Shown here piece after piece: positions 1 to 14,275 of a stretch of 64,000 nucleotides of DNA. The stretch spans positions 682,001-746,000 of the forward strand of contig ML992504.1 of the NCBI GenBank assembly GCA_010093995.1. The letters are read 5' to 3'. Made by a program: the position numbers and the translations under genes. How positions within the stretch are numbered: the first letter of the stretch is position 1; each line of letters opens with the position of its first letter. This stretch comes from Elsinoe ampelina. Lineage: Eukaryota. Below the pieces are notes generated by a model that saw nothing but the letters and a program-made list of their open reading frames with translations, searched no databases and was not told the DNA's origin.

Positions 1-1312
1 GAGCCCAAGCAACAAGGTTCTTGCCATTGGTGGTGAAGCTGGTGTGCGTGAGGGCGACAGTCAGATCTTCAACCTGAGCGTCGAATGTGCCTTGGTCAAC
101 CTGTTGCTTCCAGAATGGAATGGTCTCAAGTTCTGCACAGCCATCCTGAGGGGAGGCTTCGTTGGAATCGGGAGGCTCGACGGGGTCAGACCCTTCATAG
201 GTAAGAATTGCGCGGCCATGACCATTGTTTGCACTCAAGCAGTCTCCAGCGACTTCGGCGCGCAGCCAGTGGCTACCAGTAGTGGTGTTACCGGTGAAGA
301 CGACATCGTACCGTTGGCCAGGGCCAAGCAAGAGCCAGTCGTGTCCAGGCATGGGTGTCGTTGGGATGAAATCGGCAGCAATGACAGTGAACGGATGATC
401 ATCAAGCTTAACCCTGAGGTAGTTGTCCACAGACGGATTGATGATTCGCAGCCTATGCTTCTTGCCCGGGGTGAGAGTGCTTTTCATATATTCTCCTCCG
501 TTGGCGCTCTTCATAGTTCCGTTCATGAGGATGGTATCGCCCGGCGCAGGGGGCCCACCAGCCTGCAGAGCGGCCAAAGACTGAGTGTTGATGTTCCATG
601 CTCCAGCATAGTACCAGTCCCCGACGAAGACGCTGCCGAGATCGATGTCGTAGTTGGCTGTGGCTGGTCCATTAATAATGACTGGACCGGCCACACCGGC
701 ACCGTACTGAGCGGAGTAATGGCTGTGGTACCAGCCGGTGCCGAATTGTGTCGCCTGAAACGAGTACGTGAACGAGTCACCAGGCGCAATGGGACACTCA
801 GTGATGCCATTGACACCATCAGAGCCGCAGCTGTTGAGTTGGCGAATACCGTGCCAGTGGAGACTGGTACCATTGTCTGTGAGACCGTTCTTGACATTGA
901 TGACCAGGTAGTCGCCCCAATCGGCATAGATGAGGGGTCCAGGGTATTGGCCATTGATCAATTGGCATTTCTGTGGCGCATTGCCATCTGGGTTGCATTC
1001 GACCTCAGTGACCTCAAGGTTGTATGTCCTGGTCTTGCCTCCATCAGGGTGCTTGAGATCAAAGTCGGTAGCCACACTGAAGCCATTGGTCCAACACGCA
1101 CGGTTTTTTGGGCCGTGGGTGCATTGCCCATCAGCGACACGGGTTGGTGATGGTGCTGGAGCAGCTTGCTTCTTGACAACTCTCTTCGGTTGCTGTGCCA
1201 TGCGTCCCATGCCATCTGAGCCCCACAAGTATCTCTGCCCTGCTCCTCCTTGCGCAGAAACGCAAGCGGCCAGCAGCGATAGACATACTAGGAGGAGACT
1301 TGAGGTATGCAT
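1..1312 (-). CDS. Laccase / multicopper oxidase (AA1), secreted; 3' end runs off the window
   Basis: Manual minus-strand translation from ATG 1312: signal peptide MHTSSLLLVCLSLLAACVSA, then INGQYPGP, copper motifs TSLHWHG and WYHSHYSAQY, and DGVNGITECPIAPG. Absent from the ORF track, probably because it has no stop in the window. Confidence 0.95.
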   Translation of the reverse strand, partial: MHTSSLLLVCLSLLAACVSAQGGAGQRYLWGSDGMGRMAQQPKRVVKKQAAPAPSPTRVADGQCTHGPKNRACWTNGFSVATDFDLKHPDGGKTRTYNLEVTEVECNPDGNAPQKCQLINGQYPGPLIYADWGDYLVINVKNGLTDNGTSLHWHGIRQLNSCGSDGVNGITECPIAPGDSFTYSFQATQFGTGWYHSHYSAQYGAGVAGPVIINGPATANYDIDLGSVFVGDWYYAGAWNINTQSLAALQAGGPPAPGDTILMNGTMKSANGGEYMKSTLTPGKKHRLRIINPSVDNYLRVKLDDHPFTVIAADFIPTTPMPGHDWLLLGPGQRYDVVFTGNTTTGSHWLRAEVAGDCLSANNGHGRAILTYEGSDPVEPPDSNEASPQDGCAELETIPFWKQQVDQGTFDAQVEDLTVALTHTSFTTNGKNLVAWA

Positions 1313-2990
1313 CGTGGGTGAATTCTCAGAAGAGAGAATGAGAAGGGGAAGATAGGTACGAAGTCAAGACTCCTCTTCCTGGAAATGTAAAATGCAGAGG
1401 CTGGTCGAGCATTCCAGAAAGGAGCTAACTGTCGATTGATATACTGGGAACCCTGCATAACAAGGATAAAGCGGGACTACAGCTCACCAAAGAGTACTTT
1501 CGGATTACGATGTCACGATCCTGCAAGTCGTCCATCTTCCAATACTTTCCGACTTTGGCGAGAGGATGCCGCATTAGCGGCCATAAGAGGTAAGCTGGAC
1601 CCATGGCCGGCCGAGGATGAAGAGCAGATTTGTCCACTGTCACGACCTGGTTCGGAGAATAAAAAGATAAGCGAAGAATGAGGTGTGCATTCGTCGGTCG
1701 CCACTGCGGGACAGATGAAGGCATGGGTAGCATGGGATACGATGTCCGCGTGGCGTCTGTCCAGTAGCTTGATGCATGTCCGAAGATCAGAGGACCCGAC
1801 GGTACGGGCAGAAGAGCAATGGCAGGATCACAAGAGGGTTGGGGGTTCCTGGCTAGAGGGTCAGGAGACGCCACATGGCGGGCTCTGAGGACCAGGACAG
1901 GCAGTGAATGAGGCGCGAGCCCAGCCAGAAGAGGACGAGATGACGGAACAAGATGCATGAGAAGATGAATGGAATGCAGAGGTGGGTTCAAGGGTTGGCA
2001 GGAGCCGTGAGGGGATGTCCGAAGCGCCACCGCTCCCGTCGTCTTCCCCCGGCAAAGACAAGCTCTCCCGCCACCTCTTCCTCCAATCTATTTCCACTTC
2101 GGATCGTCGTTCATGCATCATACATCTCAACGTCAAGGATCTTTCCTGCGGAGTGGATATGCACCTCGCAAGCTCTGTCGCTGGTCTCTGTGCCACAATG
2201 ACAATTCCCACAGGCAATTAGAGGCAGCTGCCATCCTGTGGAGCCCTTCAGATCTATGCAAATCGACCACGGCACAGGAACTGGCAATGATCGTTGACGG
2301 CATCTCACTATTCTTTCAATAATTCTCCATCTTACGGAACTCCACAATGCGAGATCAAAGCAAGGTGGATCGCGCGTGTACCACTGCAGCACCCAGGCTG
2401 CATCTGCTGGCCATCTTGTCGTCACACAAGGGTAGTCGAGCAGCTTCATGCAACAAACGTGGGAGGAGCATGCCGCATCCTCGCTGCATCAAGCTGGTCC
2501 TGCTCGCCATCCAAAAGTATGGCAGGATCAATACAATGACTACATTGGTCGAAATTCTCCTAGACTGCACTAGCTCTGCCATTCGCGAACGGGACAGGGA
2601 TGTTGACCGCCCTGCCAACCGCTCTTGTCCCGCCTGACCATATCAGGATGACGGTGGTATACAGACCTCGTTCGGAGCCCTGCTCAGGAATCAGCCATCC
2701 CAATAGATTCCATCTTGGATGAGCGCACTTACGGCTTATCGGCCTCTTTTCGCGCTTCTGCCGTGCGAATTTCCTCGCTTCCATCTCCGAGCCCAACCAT
2801 TGTGGCTATTATGCAGGTACTCTGATGTGGCAGGATCTCAGATCTTCGCATTTGCTGTGGATCCCAGCCTCGGTATATGCAATTTCAAGAGTCACATAAA
2901 CAGTCAAGTACCCAACCTTTGGTGGATTGGTCCTTCCTGTCGCCTCTCCTCATTCAGAATTCCACAAGCTTCAGGCTAGCGATTAACAAG

Positions 2991-4953
2991 ATGGCTTCCG
3001 TGTACAGATCAGCATTGTTCTTCCTTGCTTACAGCTTGGTGTCTATAGTAGCACAAGACTCGGGCAATACTTGCCAGTCGTTTGGTATCGACTTCCAGGA
3101 TGAGGGTTCATACTTCCAGAACGTCTCCTCCGCGGATCCATTCACTTTTGTATCAGCTTTTGAGGGTATGTCTGGTCATCACATTCGTCAATGGTTCGCT
3201 GACTCGCGCAGGGTGTCAACCAGATCTCGCACAAAACCTTTTGGTAGATCCAGAAGGAAATGAGGTACTCTGTACAGACACGAGCTTGACGCCAGACGAC
3301 ATCAACCAGATCTCGACATGGTAAGCTGGTCCAACCGGCCATGTGTCAACCACTAATTCATTGCAGCCCGACACTCAAGAATCAGCTTGTCTCCGGCGAG
3401 TGGTCAGTGCTGATCATCTCCAACAATGGTAACGGTAAGACGAGAAGAGCAGCGAGTACACTGAATCTACACTGACACTGCAAAGGAAGCGCGATCGCCT
3501 ATGAGAGGGATCTGTACCTCACCGTCGGCGTTCCTACAACAATCACTGTCAGTGTTTCTTCCAAAACACCACTTCAGTCGTGCTGACCTGAACAGTCTAC
3601 TCCCACGCTCACCATCACTGCTACTGCCAATGCCATTATCAGTAGGTTTCGCATGCGGATCTTGCTCAGGAGCAAGCTGACCTCTTGTAGATGCGACAGC
3701 GACTCTCAATGAGATCGACACCGAGACTGCCACTACCACAACCACAGCTCCGCGATTCGTAGTGACGTAAGTGGATGTCAGTGTTGTCTGCGATGAAGTG
3801 CTGACACGATGCAGCCCGACTCGGATTGTCCGACCACGAACTGTCGTGACCGAGACCAGGATCCTCGGTACCGTCAGCAAGACATCACGTACTGTCGTTC
3901 CCAGCTACGTTACTGCCACCGAGACGGCATCGTGCACGATTCCTGAGCAGAAGACGGACAAGCCATGCCGTGTTACACCCACAGCAATCGTCGCCGCCGC
4001 CATGATGTCCGATATTCCTGAGAAGCGCTTCCGCCCGGTATACGCCCGTGGCGTCAAAGCTGATGCCTACCCGAAATTGAGGGCCGTTCCTGTCAACAGA
4101 GCTCAGCGTCTTCAAGAACGCAAAGAGAGACTTGCCGACGTCCGTAAGAGGCAAAAGCGAAGCCCAGACTCTGCGACTGTCACCGTCGTTGACCCTAACA
4201 CCGCCAACTATCCGATTGTCACGAGCACTGTCACGGCAGGTACATCGACGATGACTGTTACTGGTAAGCTATTATATAATCCCTCGAGAGACAGTCCAGC
4301 TGATAGATCTTAGCCGTTGCTGAATCCACCACGACCGTCACGGAAACCGAGACTGTCCTTCGTGGCACGGGAGTCGCTCCAGCAGTGACCATCACGAAGC
4401 CAACACGGACAATCACTCGTACCAAGTTCACCGTCATCACTGAAGTGGTGGCGACTGCAACACACGTGCGTCGCATCCCCATCTACACCGTCCCCTGCAA
4501 CAACACTCTCCCTTCACCGTCATCCTTTCCTGCACGAGCACATCTACACCCAGACCATCCCCGCCACTCCAACACCACCTGTCACCCATGATTGCGCAAT
4601 CCCTTTCTCATCACCCATACTGCACTCCTCCTTAACCACTGCACATCACCACATCATCATACCCCTCATCTTTCATCCTCAGTATCCTCCTCCATGAGAC
4701 CCACACAACCACAACCACAACCACAAGCCCAGGCACCACTCTCTCCTGATCCTTCACCATCACATAAATCCCTCATCATTCAACCACCTCCACCACTCCA
4801 CCCACCATCCCGCCACAGACCACCTCACCAAGCACGATGAGTCACGGTGGATATACTAACAACCCCCAGAACCCCACCCTCTCACTCACATCCACCGTCC
4901 TCCCTTCGGCATCAGTCAGCGCATGCAAAGTGCACGGTGGCCACTGGTCGTGA
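2991..4953 (+). CDS. Secreted Ser/Thr-rich hypothetical protein, 9 exons
   Basis: Signal peptide MASVYRSALFFLAYSLVSIVA. Eight GT..AG introns join CQSFGIDFQDEGSYF / CQPD..VLCTDT / GEWSVLIISNNG / Thr-rich segments in frame. Last exon 4870-4953 ends ACKVHGGHWS*. Confidence 0.8.
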
Positions 4954-5574
4954 GCTTACCACCGAGTAGAGGCTGGACGAGCGAGAGACGGTGTAATACG
5001 AAAGGTGCGAACCAGGTCGAGTAGCGAGAAGGGGTGAGCGGGGATGAAGAAAGAATAAGGAGAGCCGGATGAAAGGGGACGGAGAACCTGTTATACACCT
5101 TGTATTCGATGTACTTAATGTCTTATTTTCCAATTCCCACTCCTCCCTACCTCACGCGACTGAGCCCTGGCACGCGTACTGCAGGACGACGCCCATGTGA
5201 AGGAAAGAAAACAAGGTAGGACCGAAAGGCAACGATACAGCAAGAAGATGCTCAGCAGACAGGTCGACAACCATAGCATTAATCCCCGCGCGTAACCCTA
5301 CGTAGCGACAGATTTCATCATCGTCCCGGTCCATAATCCCAACGCGGTATATCATAAGCCATGACCTTACACCTTGGCTTGAATCACACAGAAAAAGACA
5401 TCTTCCCACGTCAGCCTCCCATTCATCTCATTCCCCTTCTCGCCCTCGCCCCCACTCAACCGCAGTCTCAGCCACCGAAAGCCGTCTTGACTTGTCTCCC
5501 CTTCTCGCTCCGCACAACTTCCCCCCTCCTTTCCCTTCCCTCTCCCCCCTCCTTTCCCTCCCCTCGCCCTGTAC

Positions 5575-8500
5575 CTACTCCGCCCCGCTATTCGCCTCAG
5601 TATTCATCCTCGCCTTGACCTGACTCTCCACGAACCCCTCCCACTGCCCCGGATCCCTGCGCTTCATCTCCCTCAACTCCTCAATATTGGCCCCGATCTT
5701 CTGCATCACCCCATCCCACCCCTCGGACCCCTCCACCATTTTCCTCACATCATCGCCCGACAACCCATCCAGTCGTCTCGTCAGTTCCTTCAGGTGCTTG
5801 TCGATCCCTTCAAAAACCTCGGCGGGGTCGTCCCTGTCTTCTTGGTTTTGGCTTTGGTCTTGGCCAGGTGGGTTGGCGAGGGGCAGCGGGGAGGGCTGGT
5901 GTGGGTGGGGCGAGGAGGTACCGGATGCGGAAGCCGAGGTGGAGGTGGACGGGCGCGAGGGACCAGGTGAAGGCGATGCGGACCCGTTGTGCGCGAGATC
6001 TTGGCGGATGCCGTGGCCGATGCGGTGCATGCGGCCTTCTTCGATGGCGAGGGCTTTGCTGGCGAGGGAGACTTCGCTGCCGCGGCGGCTGGGGCGGCGG
6101 ACGCCGAGCTCGTCGTCGGTGTCGCCGTCTGCGTCGACGATGGCGGAGGAGGTGCCGATTTCGGTGGAGGTGCGGTTGAGGAGGGGTGATTCGACGGTGG
6201 AGCCGAAGGAGGAAATGCTGCCTTCTTTGCCGGAGCCCGGGGCTGGGGAGGTGGCGTCTGTTGGTGGGAGGCGGCATTCGGGGTATTCGTCCTCGAAGCG
6301 TTGGATCATGCCTTGAAGGGTCTGGTCGAGAAACATCAGGCGGCGATAGGCGAGTGTGTCGCCTGTTTGAGCCTCTTTGGCGAGGGCAGGTTGTAATCGA
6401 GACCGAATCTTGCGTGCGGATCCGAGGAGGTTTTTTGACACTTCCTTCGCACGGCCTTGACGTTGTGAGAGGGCAGCGCCGACAGTAGCGTCTTTGTCTG
6501 CGCCGTCTGACGTGCCAGGCCGGTCTCGTGGGGTCGAAGTACCAGAGGTCCGGCCAGGAGGCGGGGTCGACGGGAGGTTGCCCGAGCCACGGCGAAGCTC
6601 TTGTGCCTTCTCGCCGAGGCAGTACTGTAGTGCCTTGACCACCCCAGTTCCACCAACAATGTAGTCCGAATCAGGAGCGGGATCGTCGTTGTCGTGGTTC
6701 TCGTTAAAGCCATCGACGTGTCCAACCAGATGGATAAGAACATCAGGCACGGTAATTTCGGTACTGCTCTCGGGTCGAGGCGATGTCTCGGACGATATCT
6801 GGGTAAGTGGAGCTGAGAGCGAAGATGCTGCTTCAGAAGACAGGTATGAAGGAAGTGGCATGCGTTCCATATTGCGCAAACAATAGGCGACAACCTGTTT
6901 AGCGAGCGCTTTGACGACTTCAGAGTTGTTTGGAGGCGGCACCTGGGCATTGTTAGCAAGCTTGCTATAAACAGTGTCGTGTTCAGTGGACTTACATCGA
7001 TGTCAATGCAGATAATAGTATGCGAGACTCGGACCGCTGCCATTAGCGAAGCATACAAAGCACAAGCCTCCTCTTGCGACGCTTCATCCGTGTTGGCTAC
7101 CAGCTTGGAGAGCTCAGAGTTCTCCAGGATAGCAACATGTGCAAGACTGAGTCCCTCGGGGAGCACCTCCGCAATGGCAATCGCTTGCTTTGCATTCATC
7201 CCGACATCATTCAGGTGTATCCGCTTGAGCTCCTTGAACTGAGGGATATATTTGCGCAAGAGATGTACGCCGCCAGTGGTGTCATTCTCGAAGAGACTCT
7301 TGTTGTGGCTGAGGTCGAGGAAGCGGAAGTTAGTCAGCTTCTTAAATGCCTGGAAGAGTGGTTTCAAGGAGTCGCTGTCGAGGTTGCAAGATGCCAGACT
7401 CATGCCCCAGACGGGACAATCTGGTCGGTGGGTCAAGGATTGTGCCAGCTTGTCCATCTTGCCTCTCAAGTCATTGCTGCCGATATCCACAACATGGCAT
7501 ATACCGGATCGCACATAGGTGAGAATGTGCTCGAAGCCATCGTCGTCAAGGTGGCTGCCGGCAAGACCGAGTCGGCTGACACCGCACACCATAGCTCCAT
7601 CTACGATTTTCCTGATCTGCTCAGAGTTGAGACCACATTCTGACAATATCAGCTCCTCCAAAACGGAACCGCCTTGTCGTTCTGCAAGCGCCTTTGCAAA
7701 GATCTCCGCAGCATCCGGCAAAGGATTGGCATTATCAGGTCTCGGGCTCAGCTTTTGAGCTCCGGGTGGAAGATCATCCGGAAATTGTATCATGGACAAA
7801 TCGATCGCTTTGAGCGACTTGCACATGTTGAGAAATAGCGCTAGATGCTTCCAACCTGACCTTGTGACGCGCGGATTGTTCTTCAAATTCAATCGCTCCA
7901 CGACACCAGCCCGAGGTGGAGGCTTTGGGACATCGCTGTTTCGATGTCTTGCTCGCGTGGGCTCTGGCTTTTTTGCGGCGAGGAGACCAGCTAAAACAAC
8001 TCGAAGACCTTCATCCGTGATATCTGCATCTTCTAGGAGTAGTCGCTTCACAGGAACAATTGCCAGCCAGTCTCCAAGGGTGATAAAGTCACCAAGCTGT
8101 AACCGTGAACCAGTCAGATTCAAAACTTGGACCGTACCAGAGTCGCCTGGGACCGTGCATTTCGGGTTCATCAACTGCTCGGTGATCCTCTTGAGGATAG
8201 GCGATTCGCGGAGTTGACAGCATCGTCGGTATATGCGTACAGGATCCGTGGTCGGTCTGTCGTGTGGTTTTGGTGGCGGTACTGGAGTAGCACCTGATAT
8301 CGAAGCAGTCGGGGAGCTGTCTTTCGAGTCGGAGTCATCCCTCGTAAGCTCGACGGGTATTTGTCCGTTCTCTTCTGCCTTTCGCCGCTTCTTCTCTTTC
8401 CGTTCTTTTCGCTCCTCTTCTGATCGCTTCTTCTTCTCTTGCTTCCTGGTCATCTGCTTGGGCTCTTTCTTGTCGTCCTGTGCTTCGTCGTCTTTCTTTT

Positions 8501-9522
8501 CATCTGGCGAATTGTTTGCCAGTTCATCGTCGACCGTGGTATCCTTGTTTCCCTCGTCCTCTTTCAGATCTGTCGCAGCTTGAGGACGCTTCAGCGCTTC
8601 TCCTTCGGCCCGCTCTTTGATCTTCTTGTCCTTGTCCTTGACCTTCTTAGCCTTGTCGGTCGGGGCTTCATCATCTTTGTACCTCGGGCCTCCTGCAATT
8701 TCTACATCAACAGAAAAGGAGACACGCCTCAACTTGGCTTGGTCAAGCTCCGGTACCAGGCATCTTGGACGATTTGCGTTGACGTTCATCGTGCGCCTCG
8801 GACATACTCCACCATGCTCAGGAGCTTTCACAGGTGTGCCAGTTTGGGAATTTGTAGACAGCCGCCTAGTAAGACTCGAGAAGAAGCTGCCACTCGACTC
8901 TTTCGGTTTCTGAGGCACGTATGGTAGCATTTCTTCGGGCTCTTTGCGGTTGAGGGTGGGGCTTGTAGGAGTTGCTACCTTCTCAAGATCCGGCTGGGGG
9001 GTGGCCATGTGTGTGCCATTGACAGTCGGCTTGGATACTTGAGGTGTTGCTGGAGCGGCGGTATTGGGCTGAGACTGAGAGGAGAATCTCGAGCTGATGT
9101 TGGATATCCATGATCCTCTTCGCGGACCCTTTCCATTGTCTCCGTTCAATCTGTCGGTGCTGGTCCTTCCACGGAGACCGGGCCGTCGTGGTGCTGAACG
9201 AGGAGCGGAGCTTTCGATATGGGTGGTCGTTGTGCCGAGGGGGATGGTAGTTGAGGTCTTGTGGGGTAGGGGTTCTGTGACAACTCGGGAAAGTGGCTTG
9301 ATTTCATCATTCTCACTACTCGACTTGTCGACAGCAGGTGATTGGGATATGCGAGGCGATGGCGAAGGGAAATCTTTGGGTGGTGCAGCTGGGGAGGAAG
9401 GTGCGCGTGACCGGGTCAAGCCATCTATAGCTATTAGACAATGCAGGAAGCAATGAGCTGTGATATGTACCCTTTTGCGGACGATGAAGCCAGCTCACGT
9501 CGATGCCGTGTACGCTCTCCAT
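5575..9522 (-). CDS. MHP1: Mhp1/Gip3-like RNI-type leucine-rich-repeat protein
   Basis: N-terminus MESVHGIDVSWLH, RRVSF PP1-docking-like motif, IYRRCCQLRE, LRRs. Introns at ~9426-9470 and ~6943-6995 join ORFs 9316-9522, 6336-9419 and 5575-6942. Confidence 0.8.
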
Positions 9523-11070
9523 GTCGATCGATGCTGTGGTAGAGCCGAGTTTGCGACTTGTATAAATCTACCTACTTTCGGCAGATGCACATGGCTCCGA
9601 AGTGGTTGAATATGCCCTAGATTCTTTTGTGCTACCGACACCTGTCGTTGACCATGGTGATGATGCACCCTAGCTTGGCTCTCGTCGAGATTGAATAACC
9701 GAGAATCGCCGGATGTCGTGACAAATTGTACGAATGTCGCTCGACTTGGTGAAGTCCGGGGAGGTGTTGTGCGTGCGGGCGGAGATGGGGGAGGGGGATG
9801 GCAGGAGAGCCCGCTACGTAATTTGGAGACTAGGAAAACGCCTCGACAGTCTTTCTATCCGCGGCACTGGCCGGAGTTTTGCTTCATAGACTGATCTCGC
9901 CTTTTCTTTTGCTTGTAATCATGTTCAGAATGCAATGAACCTTCGCGTCTGACCCGGTGATGGCGCTCACTAAGCGGTCCTGTCAACGGTGGGCATTGCT
10001 AAGCACACATTGTCAACTGCTCACTTGCCGCACGACTCGTTCAACGTCCGAGCCTCCACGAAAGCAAAAGGGCCAGCCGGAACCCTGGAAAAAAAACAAG
10101 GGACCATTATTGCTGGAGTTTTGGCCCACGTCTTCCGATGCCGCTTTGATCTCCCGCGCTTTTCACAGCTGACTCCTGAGAGAGAGTCCCCGTTCTCCGA
10201 GTGGGTTGCAGCGGAAAATGCCCCACTGTCCGTCTTGTCCTGCACGTGATCGTTTCAACCTACCATGCTTGCAAACCCCGTCTCGACTTGACTTTTCCAC
10301 TTCTCGGGTGGACCTCGGTGACGGCGGGTTGCTAAAGAAAGCAAATCGCCCAAAAGGGTGGTAGCGGCTCACCGTCCATCGAGGCTGATGATCATGCCTG
10401 ATAATTGCTGACTGTGCAATCAGCTCTCTCAGCCGCAAGTTCAACAGGTGGTTTCGATGGCCGTGGAACACGTCTGGGTACGAGCTGACGATCCTTGCCT
10501 GCACTCGCCAGATTTTGCACAACTGTGGGACGCTTGTTTGATCGAGAGACAGGGAAGTGTCGGACGAGCGCGATGGATGGTTGTACGTAGACATCGAGTG
10601 CAGGGTTTGTGATTCAAAGCATCTGATGAGATTGCACCGTGTCAGTTGCAAAGGGGCACATGTCAGGTAGGGACAGAGTTCGCAGCAATTCACTCTTGTG
10701 ATTTGGTTCTGGATTGTATCTGACGAACCCACCAACACCGTCCCGTCCTTACATGAAAAGAAAGACCTGCTCTCCACGAGAAGGTGGTAGTCTGCTTGTC
10801 TGAATGACCCATGTATCAGTCTAGCCCGTCGTTGTGGTGTCTCCATGCCAGCTGGATCACCCACCCACTGTGTCGTGTCGTTGGCGGCGATGATGGTATC
10901 GATTGAGCCTGATAGCCCACTTGCCCTTGCCAATTCTATCCTGTCGTATCTCTATCGCGAAGATGATTTATTTCTGTCCTGCCCGGAAAATGCCCTGAAA
11001 GTACTCCTAATAGCCATGCAAAAATCAAATATGATCAATCAATCTTGGTTCGGCCGTGACATGGGGGTAT

Positions 11071-12482
11071 CTATTCCTCTTCCTCTTCTTCAGTGGTGGT
11101 AACAATCTTTGGCGTCTTGGGTGTGACGGGATTGCTCTCGGCGATGGCGCTACCTTCGAGCTTCTTGGTGATATCCAGAGTTTCACGGAGCAACTTCTTC
11201 TGCTCACGCATCAACCCGTGCATGACAGCGTCGAGTACAGTGTCGACGGTCGCCTTGGGGGTGAATCTGGGCTTGGTACCCTCCTGGTAGACACCGGTGC
11301 GGACTAGGATCGAGTACCAGTTGTTTCCTGATGCCTTGTTGTATTCGTTGGTACCACGAATGTCAGACTCGGGGGTGTCGCCCACGAAGTAGACAGTTTC
11401 AGGAGGAGCGTCGATACCGTGGGTGTCCTTTCGCCATTGCTGCAAAAGCCTGGTGGCGAATTGGAAAGTACCGATTTGGGGCTTGCCAAATGCGACGGTG
11501 TTAAGGTCCTTGCCAGTGACGGCCTTGTACATAGCCTCGAGCGAGCAGCGGAGAGCACCCATGCCGAGACGAGTTAGGTCGTGAGATGCGGACCAGATCA
11601 CGTCGTTGTGCGAGAAAAAGACGGGTGGACCTTCGTCAAAGGTCTCTGAGCGGGTTCCGAGGTAGCCATCCTTGGACATGAGGAGATCGAGAATAATCTG
11701 CTGGTCGCCAGCCCAGTCACGGCTGTCGGCGAAGACGAAGATGGCATCGATCTTGACCTTGGAAAAGTCCCTAGCGCGAGAGTTCCTATACTCTTCCTCG
11801 GTCAACTTGCGGAAGGGAGTGGTGTCCGGGTTATCCTTGATAATGTCACCAGGGGTGACGACGTCCTGGAAACCGTAGCCCTCGGCCACAATTCTGCACT
11901 TCTCGCCCTCACCACCAACGACCAGGACGGTGTTGTACTTCTCAGCCATCTCTCTCATTGGTGTGTGACCGCAGATGAATTGTCCAGGCGAGACCTCCAT
12001 TTCCAATTGCTTGCTCAGCTGAATACAACGCTCCTGCTCAGTCTTGCCGCCTCCGTTGGTGACGAAAATGTAAGGGATCTTGATGCCGTAAGCGTTCTGG
12101 CCGTTCAGGACCTTCATGGCTTCAATGGCTTCCGGAATGGGCCGTCCGCCGCGGATTAGGACGCCGTCGATATCGAAAGCAAAGGCGTACTTGTCGGTCA
12201 CGGACGTCTCGGGTGGGGTGGCGGGGCTAGAGTCCGCGGACGAGAAATCGTCGAGTTGATGCCTGGCCATTTCCATGGCCGCGGCTACCTCATGAGCGTC
12301 TGAAGGAGCCATGAGATGCTGAAATTGGGTCAGTACTTGTGGAGGGAACGCAGATTCGATTTGCTCACTTTTGGGGGAACAACGACTGTGGGACCCCGAG
12401 CGACGGCTTCGCTTGTAGCATCTTGACTCGACAGTCTGCGCATTGTGCGCGGCCGCGAGGGCGCAAGCAGGGTTGGTGACAT
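11071..12482 (-). CDS. HAD-superfamily class IIA hydrolase (CECR5-like)
   Basis: FAFDIDGVL motif I, TNGGG, FGKP, VGDTPESDI. Short first exon MSPTLLAPSRP.. and intron ~12319-12368 (GTGAGC..CTGAC..CAG). Confidence 0.92.
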
Positions 12483-14275
12483 GGTGGTGGTGTGTATGTG
12501 GGAAGAATCAGTCACACAGGAAACAGGTCGTGGAAGGGAGAGGGTGTGTTGGAGGTAATGTCTCGAAGAATGGGTCGGGGGAAATGTCGAATATATAGCG
12601 CCTGGAAAATATATGACCAACCGACTCAGTTCATAAAAAGACGCAACGGGGCGGCCCAAAATCTTAAATCTGGATGATACAGACACGTCTCTGCGGTCGT
12701 TGGATGTAATAAGCTAAGGTAGCATCTCTAAGCCGGGAATGACCCCGAGGCTTTCCAGTCTCGCCAGATCCATGGCGAGCCCTGGTGGGATTGTGGGGCA
12801 GTAATTTGCATGTGCTCCATCGCTGAGCGGCTCGATGGGCACATGCCAGACGGAGCTGCTGGGCCACAACAAAGACGGCGGTATCACAGCAAGTGACGGT
12901 GAGACTGGTTGCGGTGGTTCAGTCGGTTCAGGCTGGAGCATGAAGTGGATTCGACACGGTCGTGCATTACGCCATGACGTTTGATGTGTGCGATCTGTGC
13001 GTCCCTTGTCGCCGAGTGGGTTGTTTCTGGACCTGTGATTGGCGGTTGGGTTGAGCAATCTGAAAACCTTGCGGCTCTGTTCCTGATCAACGCGAGCTTC
13101 TTTCGGAGCGAGAGATAAATCAGAGTTTTGCGTCTCCTGCCGAAGACACGTGCTGATTCGCCGTCTCATGCCGGCCCACTGTGCAATTCTCGCCAAAACC
13201 TCGTTAGCTCGGCCAAGCCGAGGCCATTTGACAGTCGCACAGCGAAAAAAGTCCTGTCTTTGTTGACTTTCATGACGACATGTTTGACCGTCTTGCGCTG
13301 TAGATTTTCACCAGTGACGCCGATGTTGGGTCCAAACATGGCAACATGTCGATGATGTGACAGTTCACATCGCGGCTAGCCAGATTGGTGAGCTGGTGGT
13401 AGCATTATTAATTATTCAAGGCCAGATATCAGCCAAGTACTACCAACGTGGAAGAGGTGTCGCTGTCCTAAACGCAGGACTCACTTTGCCACACTATCGC
13501 TCACAGCCCTCTCGCCTTCTCTTGCGAGTGAATCTAGGGTTTCCAGCCCTTACGTGAGGCTCATTCACTGGTTTCAAAGGGTCCATGAAGGAAACCCGCG
13601 GGGTCACACCGCATGGCATGATGCTGTCTGTGGATCCATGCGGCAGTGAGCAGCCGGTCATTTTATGCAATTGTCCTCCAAGTGACCCCCAGGTCGACCC
13701 TTCACAGGACATTCGCATGTCAGAAAGGCGCCCTGTGATAGGACCAAGCGAGGCCTGCAATTCGCTGTAGCCTGCTGAACACGGCTGTTATCAATGCCCT
13801 GTTACACAATGAGTGATTCATCTCCACACAGTTCATGAGGGGTTCCCCTGCGATATCAAACCTACTCAGGGTTCGACCACAACCGGAGAGCCCAGCAGAT
13901 CGGTCTCGTCAGGGTGGCGGGCGCGATATGGTTGATCGAGCAGACCAGTTCCTGCGGTGAGTGGCAGATTGCCTCTCGCGTCAAATTCTTGCGGCGCGTC
14001 GTGACACCACTTCAATTTTTTGTAGTTGAGATAATATCTACGAGCATGTTGTCTCAACGTCCATCACATGTGTCGGTCCGTCGCAGGCTGACATGGTGCA
14101 TTCCTAATCCGGTCTATGCTGTCGCCTTGACTCTGACACCTCTCCGTGACGTTGTACAACCTCACCAAAAAGCTACAACCTGGCAAGTCCCTTTTGATCA
14201 CCAACGTAGGATCGGACCATCCACAGATCGCCGGTTCATCGCTGATCTGGATGGGATTCTGCGGCGAATTCCACA

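Noticed and set aside
44..1150. 368-aa plus-strand ORF
   Set aside because: Antisense shadow of the laccase, non-ATG start.
10163..10933. 256-aa minus-strand ORF
   Set aside because: TTG start, atypical composition, no motif, lies in the MHP1 upstream region.
13830..13890. GGTTCGA T-loop-like motif (possible tRNA)
   Set aside because: No cloverleaf stems or A-box could be built.
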